Origin: Thelocarpon superellum | Lineage: Eukaryota | Assembly (NCBI GenBank): GCA_026025795.1 | Contig: JAPEUG010000022.1 | Location: forward strand, 1 to 64,000 | Length of the DNA: 64,000 nt | Direction of reading: 5' to 3' | Part shown: positions 11,776 to 24,754 of the stretch, piece by piece | Numbering within the stretch: position 1 is the first letter of the stretch | Layout of the letters: each line of letters opens with the position of its first letter | Position numbers and translations under genes: made by a program | The notes under the pieces: generated by a model | What the model was told of the DNA's origin: nothing | The model's database searches: none | What the model saw: the letters and a program-made list of their open reading frames with translations, nothing else

Positions 11776-13030
11776 TTAGCAAAACATCATCTTACCCACA
11801 GGCGGCGCTTGGTCGAACACGCCCGTTGAAGAGTTACAGCACTGGCCGGGCGGAGGCTCGACGGAGCCAATATTGAGGCGGGGGTCTTCGTAAACGAGGC
11901 CTTCCAGTCCCGCCGAGCAGCACGCGTGCGAGATGTAGGTGCAGTTGCACGGGCAGAACCAGATCAGGTGCTGGACAGCCTGGGAGTGGATGTGATGAGT
12001 CTCATTGCTGCTGTCACTGCTCGCGTTGACGATGCTCACACTGCCGAGGTCTTGCAGCCCCTGGAGCGCACGGCTGCCGTTTCGATGTGGACCGGCGTTC
12101 ACGGTCGAATTCAAACGCGTAGCCCCTCTGGCTGAAAGGGATCGTGGCTCGGCACGGTGCGCGGCAGATGCGGCGTCTGAGTCTGGTGGAGGGTGTGGGC
12201 GATGGTAAGGCCTTGGGTGGGCTGACTTGCAGCTCGTTTGACGGGGTCTTATCTCAAGGTCCATCAGAGGAAACTTCGTAGCGGACATGCTTATCAAGCG
12301 ATCCAGGTCGTTTTCCATCAGCAATATGGCACATAATTGCTCGACGAGGGGAACTTTTTTGTGAACGGCGACTGATGATCCAGCCCTCTCGAGCCGGCAG
12401 GTCCGTGTGTTGGGACATCGGCTCCCGTAGGCGCCGAATTCCAGCCGATGGGCTGGACGCGGATCAAGAGGTGGCGGTCTCACATTGTGGTTGGCCCAAA
12501 GATGGGGTCCCTGGCCCCTGGCCCGGTGGTGGAAAGGCAAGCTGCTCCTATCGTAACACGCGCAGACCTCATTGCAAGAGACTCGGAAACCAGGCCCTAA
12601 AACCGGCCCGAACCGAGGATCTTCCTGGAAGAACTTGCCGTCCCCTTTCAATAATTGTCCGTCTGGTCCCATCCGCTGTTCGGGTCCAAGGTCCGACGGC
12701 TCTCCTGGCTGGAAGCACCGGTAGCCCATGCTGAGGCAGAGACTCTCCGTGTTCGGGAACGTGGCGGGGGTGAGGCGCCGGAAGATGAGATCGGGGCCGA
12801 GGATAGGCTCGAACTCGTTCCAGTTGACGCCACGGAGGAGGTTGACCGCACAGAGTAATTCCTGCGATCGAGCCTGTCAGTGTTTTCGCATCAGCTGAAA
12901 GGGGCACAGTCCGACCGACCCTTTCCCCCGAGCATTCGGCCAGAGTTAGCAAGAAGACGAGGCCGACCGCTATTCGCACGATGGGTCGAAACCCGTGGCG
13001 TGGCCGAGGAAGGCCGGGGAGAAGACGCAT
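11776..13030 (-). CDS. Putative secreted cysteine-rich protein of unknown function
   Basis: Exon 1 (13030-12920) carries hydrophobic IAVGLVFLLTLAECS. A phase-0 intron (12919-12862) joins it in frame to ORF 11776-12729. C-terminal motif CPCNCTYISHACC..GLVYE..PPPGQCC..FC. Confidence 0.6.
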
Positions 13031-13888
13031 CCCGGCGCTCAGAGAGCAGACAAACCGAGGGAATCTATAGGGAACGAGAGATGCTTGGGACCCTAGAACT
13101 CGGTCGGGGTCACCGTGAACAGGTAAAGTACCGGGACATTTCTCACTCTCCACAGGCACCTCAGGCTGCCGAACACAACGATATCCAAGAATCGCGAGCG
13201 AGATGGGGATCACACAGGCCCGGAGTCCTCATGCTCAGTCATGTGCTTTCATCTCATTTTCCAGGCAGATAAGGCATGCATGCCATGGCCACGGTTCCAA
13301 AATCACTCAGATTGTACAGGGGTGCCGCGGGATTCGGGATGCACGCATTGTCCATTTGGTGGCCAGAACCACCTCGACTTGGGAAAGGTTAGACGAAATT
13401 TCAACCAGGCATCCTTCCAGGACGCAGTTCCACGATTCGGGTTACCCAGGTCACCCTACCTATCCATAGCGTCAAAGGTCTGACGAGTGATGTGAATCTC
13501 CGAGACCTCCCATCGTCGTAATATCCCTCGCTAGCCGCGTCGCGTGCGCGGCGGGCCTTCAGTACGCGCGGTACGAAGTCACAGCTAAAGAGGGAAGAGT
13601 TCGCGTCCTCGTGTTCCCCGGTCCGTCCAGATCTCCGCGTCTCGGGCCGGGCGCGTCAGGCAATATGCAAGCACGTGGAGACCACTTCAGATACCTATTA
13701 AGGATGAATTGCCTAAAATATACCCCTCATGGGCATTTCCAATGTCCATGCTATTGTTGATCGCTCACGATCAGATTGACATTACACGAAGTACTAGATA
13801 CCGAGTCCGCCAGGGACGTCCTTGGTGCCACCAATGTAGCCCTGAGCATGTCTGATATTCATTGTGAAGATGAGACCGCCGCGTCTCT

Positions 13889-14691
13889 TCAATTGATTTT
13901 CGACGGGTCCACCAGCACTCCGAATTCCTTTCGACATAAGTCGGCCAGCGAGCTGTGATCTCGCAAGTAGATCCATTCCCCCTCGCCACATCCCTCTTTC
14001 TGATGCATGGACTCGCCTTGCACCACCCAATCGTATCGCTTAGGTCCCGAGATGGGCGAGCTGAGCCAGATCTGCCTATTCGGCGGTTGTTTGTTTACCA
14101 CGTAGGTGCCCGCAGGTGGGAACGTCACGGTCAGGACACCGGCCTGAGACACGTCAGCCACTGGTCTCCGCACTCGCCAGCCTACCACTTGGGCACCATA
14201 GTGATCAGTGGATACGGAGGCGGAGAGAAAGCACGTACGCTGTACTCGACATCAACATCGTCTCGATCCTCCTGAACGGCCTCCAATTGCGCCACCAGAT
14301 CATCCAAGAACAGATCGGCTTGTTCGTGATAGTCGTCGATGGACAGCTCTGCTGGCGTAGCGTGGGCTGGTGCACGGTCTATACTTTCACCGGTCGGGGG
14401 CGGCGGGGGTTCGGCCGATGAGGGTGAGATGCCTTTGTAGAGGTGTGGACGAGTGTGAAAGCTTCGGGGAGGTCGGGAGACTGTGTAATGGTGCGATGGT
14501 CGTGCTGAAAAGGAGATGAAAGAGTGCTGTCGTCCGTCTTGGCTCCCGTTTCCCTTGGCCGTGCCGGCGTCGAGGATCGCCGTGCTCGAGCTCAAGCTCC
14601 TTGGTAGTATGTTATGCGAGAAGCACGCCGGACAAATGTTGCGACGTGATATTATTCGCTCTGGCCTCGTCAATCTCACAGGGAGTGCCAT
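13889..14691 (-). CDS. YFH1: Frataxin, mitochondrial
   Basis: Arg/Ser-rich presequence; [17 protein letters not shown], intron, then [34 protein letters not shown]. Confidence 0.96.
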
Positions 14692-15184
14692 ATTTCCCTG
14701 AGAAGAAGCTCGATCGAATTGAATGTGAGCTTTGCAGTCAATGAGGCGCTTACGGGTGATGATTCGCCAACAAAACCACTTTCGTCGCCGTAGCCGATTC
14801 CTCGGATTAGACCGAAGGGAAGGAAAGCTTACTTTGATTTACGACAATTCAAGAATCACATCCAACCATGATACCTTTGACTAAGTTTCGAATAATTATT
14901 TTCGGCAACCGGAACAGGACGGTACTTGAAATCGTCTACATCTCATTCATTACGTTGGGTCGTGGGGTCGATGGTTTGCTGGCCATGCTGGCGCGAGGAA
15001 CGGAAGCTCGGTAGACAGGATGCGTCTTCCGCCCCGCCGTAGTGACGTACGCCCCTGTACGCCCGTTTCCACTCTACACCAACGTCGACACCGATGTCTC
15101 AAACTGTGGTCAAGAAACACTACACGAAAGCCAGAGAATGTTGAGCATATTTCCACACCGTACGATTTCGACACCTCTGCAACC

Positions 15185-15970
15185 ATGATCAACGCCGTTT
15201 TGGTCTTCAACAACTCCGGCCAACCGCGCCTCACCAAATTCTATACACAACTAGTATGGCTGCTCCGCTCAACTACCTCCCCGGTGCCCCTCAGTGAGCG
15301 CAGCCGTTGATTCAGGGTGGGCACGTCTAGGATACCAGCGTACAGCAACGCCTGATCTCCGAGATCTTCTCTCTCGTCTCGCATCGGCCCAATGCAGCAT
15401 GTAATTTCCTCCCGTGGGTGTCCTGTCCTCACCTCCTGCATCTTCCGTGCTTACCTTGCATCTCACCAATCCAGACTGCCCCCGCTCCTGGCCAGTTCCT
15501 CCACCTCCACCTCCACCTCCAGCACGAGCACGGCCCACAACGACATGCCATCGCTGATCACGTACCGGCACTACGCGACGCTGTATTTCATCATGATCAG
15601 CACATCGACGGAGTCGCCGCTGGCGCTACTCGACTTGATCCAATCCTTCGTCGAGGCGCTGGACCGGCTATTTGAAAACGTGTGCGAGCTGGATCTCATC
15701 TTTAATTTCGAGACGCTGCATGCCGCCCTGGCGGAGATGATTGTGGGTGGTGTGGTGGTCGAGACGAGAGCGGATAAGGTCGTCGAGGGCGTGAGGGCAC
15801 AGGCCAAGGTCGCGAAGCGGCCGGTTAATGAGGGGAGGGGTGGGGGACTTGGTGGGGGTGCAGGCAGCGGAGGCGGAGGAAGCGGTGGTGGTGGTGGGGG
15901 TGGTCCTCTGGCGGGTATAAATCTGGGGGGTTTTAGAGGCCCCGCGGATCTCGTCTGGGCTGGTCGCTGA
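15185..15970 (+). CDS. APS3: AP-3 adaptor complex sigma subunit
   Basis: MINAVLVFNNSGQPRLTKFY; ITYRHYATLYF; ESPLALLDLIQSFVEALDRLFENVCELDLIFNF. Two introns and a Gly-rich tail. Confidence 0.93.
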
Positions 15971-16130
15971 TGATGGTGCAAGAGTCGGGCGTTTGGTGTG
16001 CGTCGTGGTGTTCACTGCTCATTGCATCTAGCGGCCTTGATGACATCCTCTGATGGGAGTTACCATCCCACTACGGTGTGGTTCGGTTGGAAAACCTCTC
16101 ATCAGGTGCTTTTCATGAAAGTTCAAATGC

Positions 16131-19100
16131 TCAAGTCGCAACATTTTCGAAATGAAACGTAGGGATCCCGGGCACCGCTCCTTCTGCGGCCTGCGGCAAT
16201 GCTGCCATGCGCGCCCCGGGCTCCTCGTGCGCGGAACCATCACCATCCACGACGTGTCCCGTCTTGGCTCCCTCGTCCACGGCGACGATGGTGATGTATT
16301 TACATCCCGTCGTGCGCTTCAGACCCGGCGCCATGGCCTGGAGCGTGCGAAGCTCGTCAAAGGCCAGTTTTCGCTCAAACACCGCTTGCGCCTGCTCGCC
16401 GCCGACCAGGCGCCGCTTCAGCCCCTGAACAAAGGGCATCGCCTTCTTCATCTCTCCCATCTTCGACACCTTGCCATTGAGCGCCTTGTCATCCACCGTC
16501 AAGTGCGTGGCGTCAAAGGCCTCCCGCACCAGGTCGACGTATTTCTCTTGCCAGGCCGGATACTTGGTCGCCGCGAAAATGGTGAACTTCTTCGTCTTTT
16601 TCGGGTCAAAGGCCACGTTCTTGCCCTTCTCCTTCTTCTTTTGCTGCGCCGCCTCCGCCGACGTGATGTTCGACGACGTCGTCCGTACGTATTCGCGCGC
16701 CGCCGTCAGCGCGACGTCCGCCTCGCCGGCCTGCGGGAAGCGCTCGTTCTGAATGGTCGAGGGCTGACGTGGGTGATCAGCACTGGAAGCCTGCCACGAA
16801 GAGACGGAACCGGCTCTCACCTTCTTCAGCACTTCTAGCCAGACGTGTTCCGCCCAGTGCGGTGCGATGGGCGTGATGATCAGCGCTTGGAGTTCGATGA
16901 ATCGAAAGACAAGGTCCCGGTGCATCTCGATCCCAGCCGCATTCGTCGCCTCGCGGTAGAAGTCACGGGCTGAGATGAAGTCGTACAGGCACGATTTCAA
17001 TGCCGCCTTGTACATAGATCTTGACACGGGTCAGCCTCTCATGACGCTTGCCTCGGCGTCACGTCACCTACCCTTCGTACTGTCGCTTCGTCTCTGCCAC
17101 GAGGACATTCATCTCGTTGGCAAAGAGTCGGTCCCACAGCACATCGGCCGCACCGGTACGGAGGCTCGTCTCGCGATGAACTTGGTCTTCACACCACTCC
17201 TTGAGATTGAAAAGGCGCAAGATGTTGCTGTTTGCCACGCTCTCCTCAAAGTTCGCATCCTCGACGCCGTCGCCCGCGTCGGCGAGCGCGATCCGCGTTG
17301 CATCCGCCCCGTATTTCTTCACCGTCTCGTCCAAGGTTAAGAAGTTGCCGGCACTTTTGCTCATTTTGGCCCCGTTCAGCAGGAGATGGCCGTTGTTCCG
17401 GACACCACGCGGCCAATACTCGGGTGGAAAGATGGCCAAGTGGATGTACAGAAGGAAGGTGAGGTGATTGTTGATGAGATCCTTGCCCGAGATTCGCACG
17501 TCCAACGGATACCAGTACTCAAACTCCCGCCGCATCGACTCCAACGCCGCCTTGCTGATGCCCGTCTCCTTGATGAGACCCTCGCCCAGCTCGCGTCGGG
17601 TGAAGACGTAATCCCAGACCTCGTTGGTCATCTGCTCCGGGCGTATGCCCAGCACGCCCGGCTCTTTCCCGTAGATGTCGCGATGCAGCAGATGGGCAAT
17701 GGTGTAATAGGACATGTAGATGGTGCTGTCGCTCAAGCTCTCTACCAAAAACTCTGGGTCAAAGGGAAGCTTGGTGCCCAAGCCATATGACCGCGCGCAG
17801 GCCCATTCGTTCAGCCAATTGAGAACCCCTTCGAACCCGTTCCGCGTTTCAGCGTGGTAGGTATTCAGTCCGTTATTGACCCAATCGATGGTCTGGTCTC
17901 GCCACTCTGGATCGCCCTTGCCGTAGTTGAGAAACCATTGCTCCATCTTGGCTACAACGCACTCATCCCCCGAGCGGCTGATGACGAGACCTTCGGGCTC
18001 AAAGTAGGAGAAGGCCTCGCCTCGACGTTCGAGCACGTCTTGGATTTGGTCTTTGACGTCGACGACCTTCTGGCCCTTGAATTCGCCTACCAGCAGGGTA
18101 CCTTGGTAATAGCCTTCTTTGTACGCCAGCGCCTTAGCATCGGCGAGGAGCTTGGTGTCCTTGGGCGAGTTGATCTTCATCTTCTTCACCAAGCACGGTG
18201 CCGTAAGATCTCCGTATGAGGGGGTGTTGATGATGGGCATGATCTCCAGCTCAGCCCATTCCTTCTTGATGCCGTAATATTCGGCCTTCTTGGCGAGGTC
18301 GGTCACGGTGGCAAAGTCATCCGGGCTGTCGGATGGGACCGAGGTGACGACGCCAGTACCTTTGGTAGCGAGCACGGTCTCCATTGGAAGCACCCGCACC
18401 CCCTTGCTATGCACGGATAGTGGGGCGTCAACCAGCGTGCCAATAAGAGAGTGGCCGGGGAGCTCGGCCAGGCGATGATACTCGCCAAACTTGGCGAAGA
18501 CGCCGGGAATCGTTTGAAAAGCCATGTTGCGGGCGGCGCGCTCCGTCATGATGAAGCAGTCGCGGCCGTCGGCCTGAAAGAGGCCGTACGTAATCTTCGG
18601 CCCCACAAAACAGCAGGTCTGTCCGTACATGGTCTCGGGCCGTAGCGTGGCCGCGATGAGGTAGCAATGACCACCAGTGGGGAGCTTGGACGCCACCAGC
18701 GCGGCCGCGACCGAAGCCAGTTCGAGCACTTTTAGCTTGAGGCCCGTGTACTTCTGGGCCAAGACGCCTTCGCCCTCGCTGCGGTCGTGATCCATACATG
18801 GCTGGCCATCTTTCGGCGAATAAATGGTCTCACGAACCCCTCTCCGAATCTTCTTGAGTTCCCGCAGGCGGATCATCTGCCATCGCACAAAGGCATCGTA
18901 GTAAGGGTTCGCGTCAGTGGTGACGAAAGAGCGGCGCCAGTCGATTCGCGCGCCGAAGTTAGTCAGGTCGCGTTTGCAGAGAGGGGGGAAGAAGGTGAGC
19001 CAGTACTGCGGATCGGCGAAGCGATGGATTTCATTCTTGGGAATGCCCACGGCTAGCATTATTTGGAATTGATACTTCATCTTGACCGACTTGGCCGCGG

Positions 19101-19718
19101 CCTTGCCTTTCTTCGCCGTAAACTTGGTCACGTCGTCTCTGGTCTGTGCCTGAGTCGGCGCCGGAGGCCTGGTCGTGGGCGGGTTCGTGTCGCCCACGAC
19201 CGTGGCTGCATCAGGTTCGACGTAGCGCTCGAATTCCAGGCCGAACATCTGCACCTCCTTGATGAGTTTATCCGCGCAGGCCTTGATGGGCATGCCGGTG
19301 CAGTGGAAGCCCATAGGGAAGAGGGCGCGACGGCCCTGCATCCGGGCGAAGCCAGTGGTGAATTCAATTTTGCTGACGGTGAAGCTGTGGCCGGCGTGCA
19401 GGGTGCCATTCATGTATGGATACGCCATGGTGCCGAAGAACTTGGGGTACTGCGTACGAAGGTCACTGGCCGAAATAGAATGCAGGGGGATGTCGGCCGT
19501 AGAGGGTGCATCGGGCTCGAAGACCCGATCTTCGGCCCATTGCGTTTGGTATTTCTTTTCTATCGCGATGAGCGTGTCTCGTTTTTCCGTCTGCCCCACC
19601 TCATGTCAGCATCGATGCTGCAACGTGGATCGGGCTGACTCACGTTCTCAAGCTTGAAGGTCTTCTTCGAGCTGTCAGCAGGATCCATGGGATCTACGAC
19701 CGCGGAGTTGCCCGCCAT
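16131..19718 (-). CDS. CDC60: Cytosolic leucyl-tRNA synthetase
   Basis: PYMNGTLHAGH (HIGH motif); CP1 editing motifs ATLRPETMYGQT and GTGVVTSVPSDSPDD; KMSKS; C-terminal AVPGIPTFHFEN. Three introns (~19590-19642, ~17020-17070, ~16765-16820). Confidence 0.97.
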
Positions 19719-20104
19719 GTTGTGTGCGAGCCAAAGGCTCCTGTCAACGGGCACTGAAGGGAGGACTGATCGGGGCCTCAGGAAGAGGTCGAACTCTGGA
19801 AAGATGCTCCAGGGACGGCCACCGCAATGTTTTGGTGCGGTCGGGTACGAAGGAGCGATATTTGGTCGTGGTGGGGTAGATGCACAGTCCCCCACCGTAG
19901 CGATGCAGCCTACAGAAATGTGTCATCTGTGCCCTTAAATACGCGCTCGTTTGCCGTAGTTCGTTGTCCGGCAAGACCTCTTGGCGCTTGTTGCGCCTTC
20001 AGTTCCAGCGTCTCGCCCTACAATCGACGGACCGTGATCTCGGGTGAAAGTGGAGCTCTCAAGTTCATCCCATCGGCTCGGCGAAAAGCGTCCGAAGGGT
20101 CAAG

Positions 20105-20563
20105 ATGCAACCGTCGTCGGGGCTTCAAATGGCGGAGCTGTCAAGGCAGCCTCCACGAAGCAGCCCTGGCTCGCACACGGCAAAGAAACAATGGCCGCCT
20201 AATTTTGACAAGCTATCGCCAAAGCACCAATTCCGCCTGGAGCGTCGGTATCGACGCAGATCACAGCTAAAGTGGGCTCGCCCACGGTGGACCAAGGCCA
20301 TGAAGCTGGCACAATGGGGTGGGATCACTTGTGAGTCAAGACACACTTGCCTCCATCTGGTCGGCAGCATCTAACGGGGGCTAGTCGTCACTACGTACGG
20401 AATCTTGTTCCAGGACTGGGGGACTGAGGAGACTCCCTTCAAAGGGGTACGTGACGCGAGATGGCCGAAAAGTATCTCTACACAGCTTGCTCATGGAATT
20501 TAGATTCGCCAATGGTTCCGGGCCAAAGTGGACTCGATCTGGACGCCGAGCCGTGGCCGGTGA
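20105..20563 (+). CDS. Small conserved fungal protein with one TM segment; 5' end uncertain
   Basis: WPPNFDKLSPKHQFRLERRYRRRSQLKWARPRWTKAMKLAQWGGIT, then two GT-AG introns to exons FVVTTYGILFQDWG and IRQWFRAKVDSIW. Divergent from LeuRS. Confidence 0.72.
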
Positions 20564-20918
20564 GCGGCCGTTGACATTGTTAACACCCCACGGCATGTTG
20601 TCGTTCCGCTCCCTGTCAGCGGTATCTATGGCCAGACGTACATATATGCGCTAAAGGTGTTTGGGTGCACATGGTTTCGACGGCTTCGGCGGACGGGGAT
20701 GTGTCAACTGCGGCAGCTTAGAGTCTCGACCCAAATCATGGAGAACTAGGTGTCTTCGAAGGGTTTGGAGATGCTCCCGCTATGATCACGGACATGTACG
20801 AGCTTTCGAGTGGAAGTCAAAATCTCCACTGTCCACATCACTCATCCTACTGCCCGCAGTGCCGCACCAACTTGCCGCGCTATCCATCCGCCTCGTGGCT
20901 CTGTGCCGCCAAATCCGT

Positions 20919-21428
20919 TCACATGACGGAGCATGGGCTGCCCGCGGCCCCGCTTCCACTGCCAAGCACCGCACGACCTGAAGTGCCGCTGGTCGTGTGG
21001 ATATTGCGAAGGCTGAGACAAGGGGTTGCTTTGGCTTTGGTCGAGCCTTTGGCATTCTTGCTAGTGGGGGCGGAAGAATCACTCCACTTGGTCGCCGAAG
21101 TTCCACAACCAGTGCAGAATGACGGGAAGCAGCCCCCAGCGTCGTGCGTCAGCGTCGGGCTGGAACAAGGGCAATCTCGTTTTTCGTTCCTGGCTATACC
21201 ATGGCACACCATGGGGCAACGTGGCGCAGGACCCACGTCAGGCGCCGGCACCACGGAAGAGACGTAGGGACCGTGAAATCGAGCATGGCCATGGTGTAAC
21301 ACGCGCGTCGCTTTGGAGACCGATTTCTTCTCATTGAACTTGATAGCTGGCAACAAAGACTGTGATGAGCTACCGGAGCCCACGCGGGAAAGCGCCGGCG
21401 ATGAACTGGGGGAAGAACTGGGCGACAT
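20919..21428 (-). CDS. Possible orphan Ser/Cys-rich protein
   Basis: ATG 21428 opens a 169-codon ORF with a Cys cluster (CPMVCH..CPC..CFPSFCTGCG). No recognised family. Confidence 0.3.
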   Translation of the reverse strand: MSPSSSPSSSPALSRVGSGSSSQSLLPAIKFNEKKSVSKATRVLHHGHARFHGPYVSSVVPAPDVGPAPRCPMVCHGIARNEKRDCPCSSPTLTHDAGGCFPSFCTGCGTSATKWSDSSAPTSKNAKGSTKAKATPCLSLRNIHTTSGTSGRAVLGSGSGAAGSPCSVM

Positions 21429-22429
21429 GTTGAAGGGAGTCGATGCTTGGAAGGGCAGAACAACAGCGTGTCGGACCAAGTGAAGGGAAAATTGGAAGCC
21501 CTGATCGATGAGCGTATCAGCCAAGGTAACCCAATACTGAGGAGAACCCGTTTCTCGACCATCGTAGCATACCAATTGGCTTCTGGCGTGCAGAAAACAG
21601 TTCAGCTCGAACGGACGATGCGTGGGAGACTAGCCCCGGTGGCGGGCGTTGACCGAATGAAATGCCGGGATTCCGTCCAATCCGTCCTCGGTGGGAGGGA
21701 AGAAAGAAGAGCGCAATGGGCACTTGGAAATACAGTGCAAAAGAGCGAACGGCTTGGTGCAGAGAGCTTCAGGTTTGGGGACGTTGCAGCTTGAGGGAGA
21801 AAGTAGAAAGAGGCTTCTCAACAGACTGTCTTGGACTGAGCCATACTGTGAAGGAGAGTGATAGAGACTGACTATGGTAGAGTGATGGTGGTAAACTGTC
21901 AGAAGCGAGACAAGAATCGGTCCCGAGAAGTCAGTTGATGTGTGCAGGAAAGAAGTGTCTTACACCAGGTTGCTCTTTCAATAATAAGTGAGATCAAATC
22001 CCAAAGGTCCCATGGTCGACCCCGTCGATCAGGAAGGGGGTTGAGATGACAGCACCAGGACTGGTCTGCAGAGTCCGCGCGTGAATGCTCATGTTTGAAG
22101 TCAGAATTCCTCGTAAGAGTTTAGGTGCGCTGGCGGAAGGATGGAGGAGCGTTCTTGATGATGGAGGAATGAGTGCGGAACAATCTTGAGACACGTTTCA
22201 ACGGTAAGTAAGCAGACTTTCGAGCCTGGCGGGGAACTGAGAATCGAATTGACTTCATCAACCACAGTACAAAATGTGTCAAAAGGAACATGTCCAGCTC
22301 GGAGAATGAAATCAGAGTAGATGTAGATGAAATCTGTATGATCAACGCCGACGGGTACAATCTGCCCTCCTCCAAGATCTTTATCCATGATCACAAAGCG
22401 GACGCGCATGCGCCAGTCATCTCACAATC

Positions 22430-23139
22430 TCACTCGTCGGCGCCAGTGTGGGCCGAGATGGGGTTCGCCTGCGCATGCGGCCGACGAACCTCAACATATT
22501 CCGCATCACCCTCCTCCTGCGGCGTAGCCGCAAAGGTGCCAGGCATGGCGGTCGATACATCCAACGGTTGGCGTGAGGGCCGAGTCGGGGCGGCTTGAGG
22601 GCAGTCCACGCTCTTCGAGTGGTTCAGGAGGTCCGCTGGCTCTGGCGGCCCTGCTGAATCGGCAGCGGCGTATGACTCGTCACCGGTGTGCACAGGTGGC
22701 GGCGGCGGGGCATTCGCCGGAGGTTGGCTAGTCGCCCGGCCTGACTCTGAAGCGGAGGGCGCACTCGAGGCCGAATTAGAAAACAGACCGGTCTGTTTTT
22801 GCCGCAGCCGCTCTTCCGTCGCGCGGAGTCGGGCTTCAAGCGCCTCAAGCTCCTGGCTTTGCGATGAGACGGCTTGCTTCCTGCCAGGCACCTATTTATC
22901 AGCATGGGCTCTCCACGGGCGGAACGGGGGAGGGGCAGTCGTACTTCTGCTCCACTGCGTTGGACAGATTGCCGAGGTCGGCATCGACGTCGATCTTGAA
23001 GGCGTCATTCAAAGCGGCCGAGAAGGAGCGTGCGATGGTTCTGGCGAAGGCATTACTCTCCGACGTATTCAGAACGTGGCGGGGACACTCACGACTGCGG
23101 GCGATTGTTCGGCCTCCAGTCTCCGTCCGCGTCGGCCAT
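22430..23139 (-). CDS. Conserved fungal coiled-coil protein; may have further upstream exons
   Basis: Spliced reading MADADGDWRPNNRPQS|TIARSFSAALNDAFKID..VEQK|KQAVSSQSQELEALEARLRATEERL, with clean GT-AG introns. Confidence 0.75.
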
Positions 23140-23212
23140 GATGGACTCGGAGGGCGATTGATGCGTCGGTCGGTCCGGGATGGTACGATGACCGGGCGGT
23201 TGGGCTGGGAAT

Positions 23213-23244
23213 GGGACTGGGGCTGGGGCTGGGGCTGGGGCTGG
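23213..23244 (+). repeat. (GGGGCT)n microsatellite, G-quadruplex-capable
   Basis: GGGGCTGGGGCTGGGGCTGGGG at 23219-23240. Confidence 0.85.
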
Positions 23245-24754
23245 ATGCCGCCGTCTTACTTGTACTTCTGCTCCAGGGAGAAGAGCGTGCGAGGGCAGCT
23301 CTAGGCGTCGAGGCGGTCAGGAGACCAGCGTCAGGAGAGAAGAGCTAGCTTACAGGCAGCGAGGCCAGGATGGGAGAGTGATCACTGCAGCCTGCTGCAA
23401 CAAATGGGCACGTCGCTAAGACCGATAAGAATCCAGGTCGTGCATTTGATCAAGTGCTGCTTGCAGCTGCTCCTCAGGGCATCATTGCGGTGCGTATGGT
23501 ACAAGGAGGTGGGGGTGGCAGGCAGCCCAGATTCCGACCTTGGGGCGCCGGCGGATGCGTAGGCATAAGGGTGGGGATCTCCGGCACGAGGTAGGATTCC
23601 GCCGTCGTCTAAGTCGGTAACTGGTCGGACTGCACTCGCATTGGCGGATACTGGTAGCTCTCCCGCTCTCGACAGAGGGCCCCGTCGCTTGAGCCTTCGC
23701 CCGTCCCATGACGAAATCAGGGAGTCACAGAGATCGGCGTGGCTGACATTCCATCACCCAGTAACTGCCACGCGACAGCCTTGCATGGACCACCTGAGTC
23801 TCATTTGCTTGACGGCAGGGGAGTGCACCAGGACATCGGGAATTACAACGGGTCCTAGCAGGAGGCGGACGATGTGATCAGAGCCCAGATACCTTCTACG
23901 GCCTTTCGGGGAGTAAAAGGGAGCGATCAAAGCCCGGCAAGGACATGATTACTCTGGCCCCTGAGCAGAGTATGCTTGGGGCAGACCTTAAATCCGTAGC
24001 TCGGCCTGTGAAAATGTTCCATTCCCGAAAACATGATCGATGTTGGAGCACTCTCTCACCGGGACATTTGATATTCCGCATTTGTTATTCTTGGAGCCCT
24101 TCAACCAAGGAAATGCTGCAATAGCAGAGGTGTTTGCTCACTTTGGTGTTGGCTCACTTTGGTGCTCGCGCCGTACATGGTCAGTTGGCTAGTTGCAGCA
24201 GAGCATCTGGCGGAGTGCTGCTTTGTCCACCGTCTTCCGTGCGGCCAGGGGACCATCGCATCTCCGTTACGCGCATACATTGCTATTCAGTGAAGGATTC
24301 CGCCTTCTTCGAGCTGTAGCATTGTATAGAGAAACAGGGGCATTGCTAACGGGGTGGCTGCTTTCCTGTCGTGCGTATCCATGCGCCATGGAAAGTAGCT
24401 CACCGAGAGGATAAACTCTACATTCGGACCGATCTCGATCACGTGTTCGTTCGCTCCTGCCACGCTGCACCCGGACGAGAACCCGTACGCCATCCCTGAT
24501 GTGTGGAGCGGAGCGTAGAGGCCATCCAAGAGCGTTGACTGCATACAGGCCTAGCACTGTTCTTGGGTCTCTCCTTGCTGCCGCTGAGTGAGGCAGCAGG
24601 TGAGGTCGTCGACTGCCTCGTGAGTGACTGTGTGCCTGATGGACGCGTCGTGGTCAGCCGACTGATGTGATGACAGACATCAGACCTGGCTCCCCAGCGA
24701 CCGGTCGCGAGACCACTCGACCGATGCGCGCGTTGGCCCATCGAGCTCGAGGGG

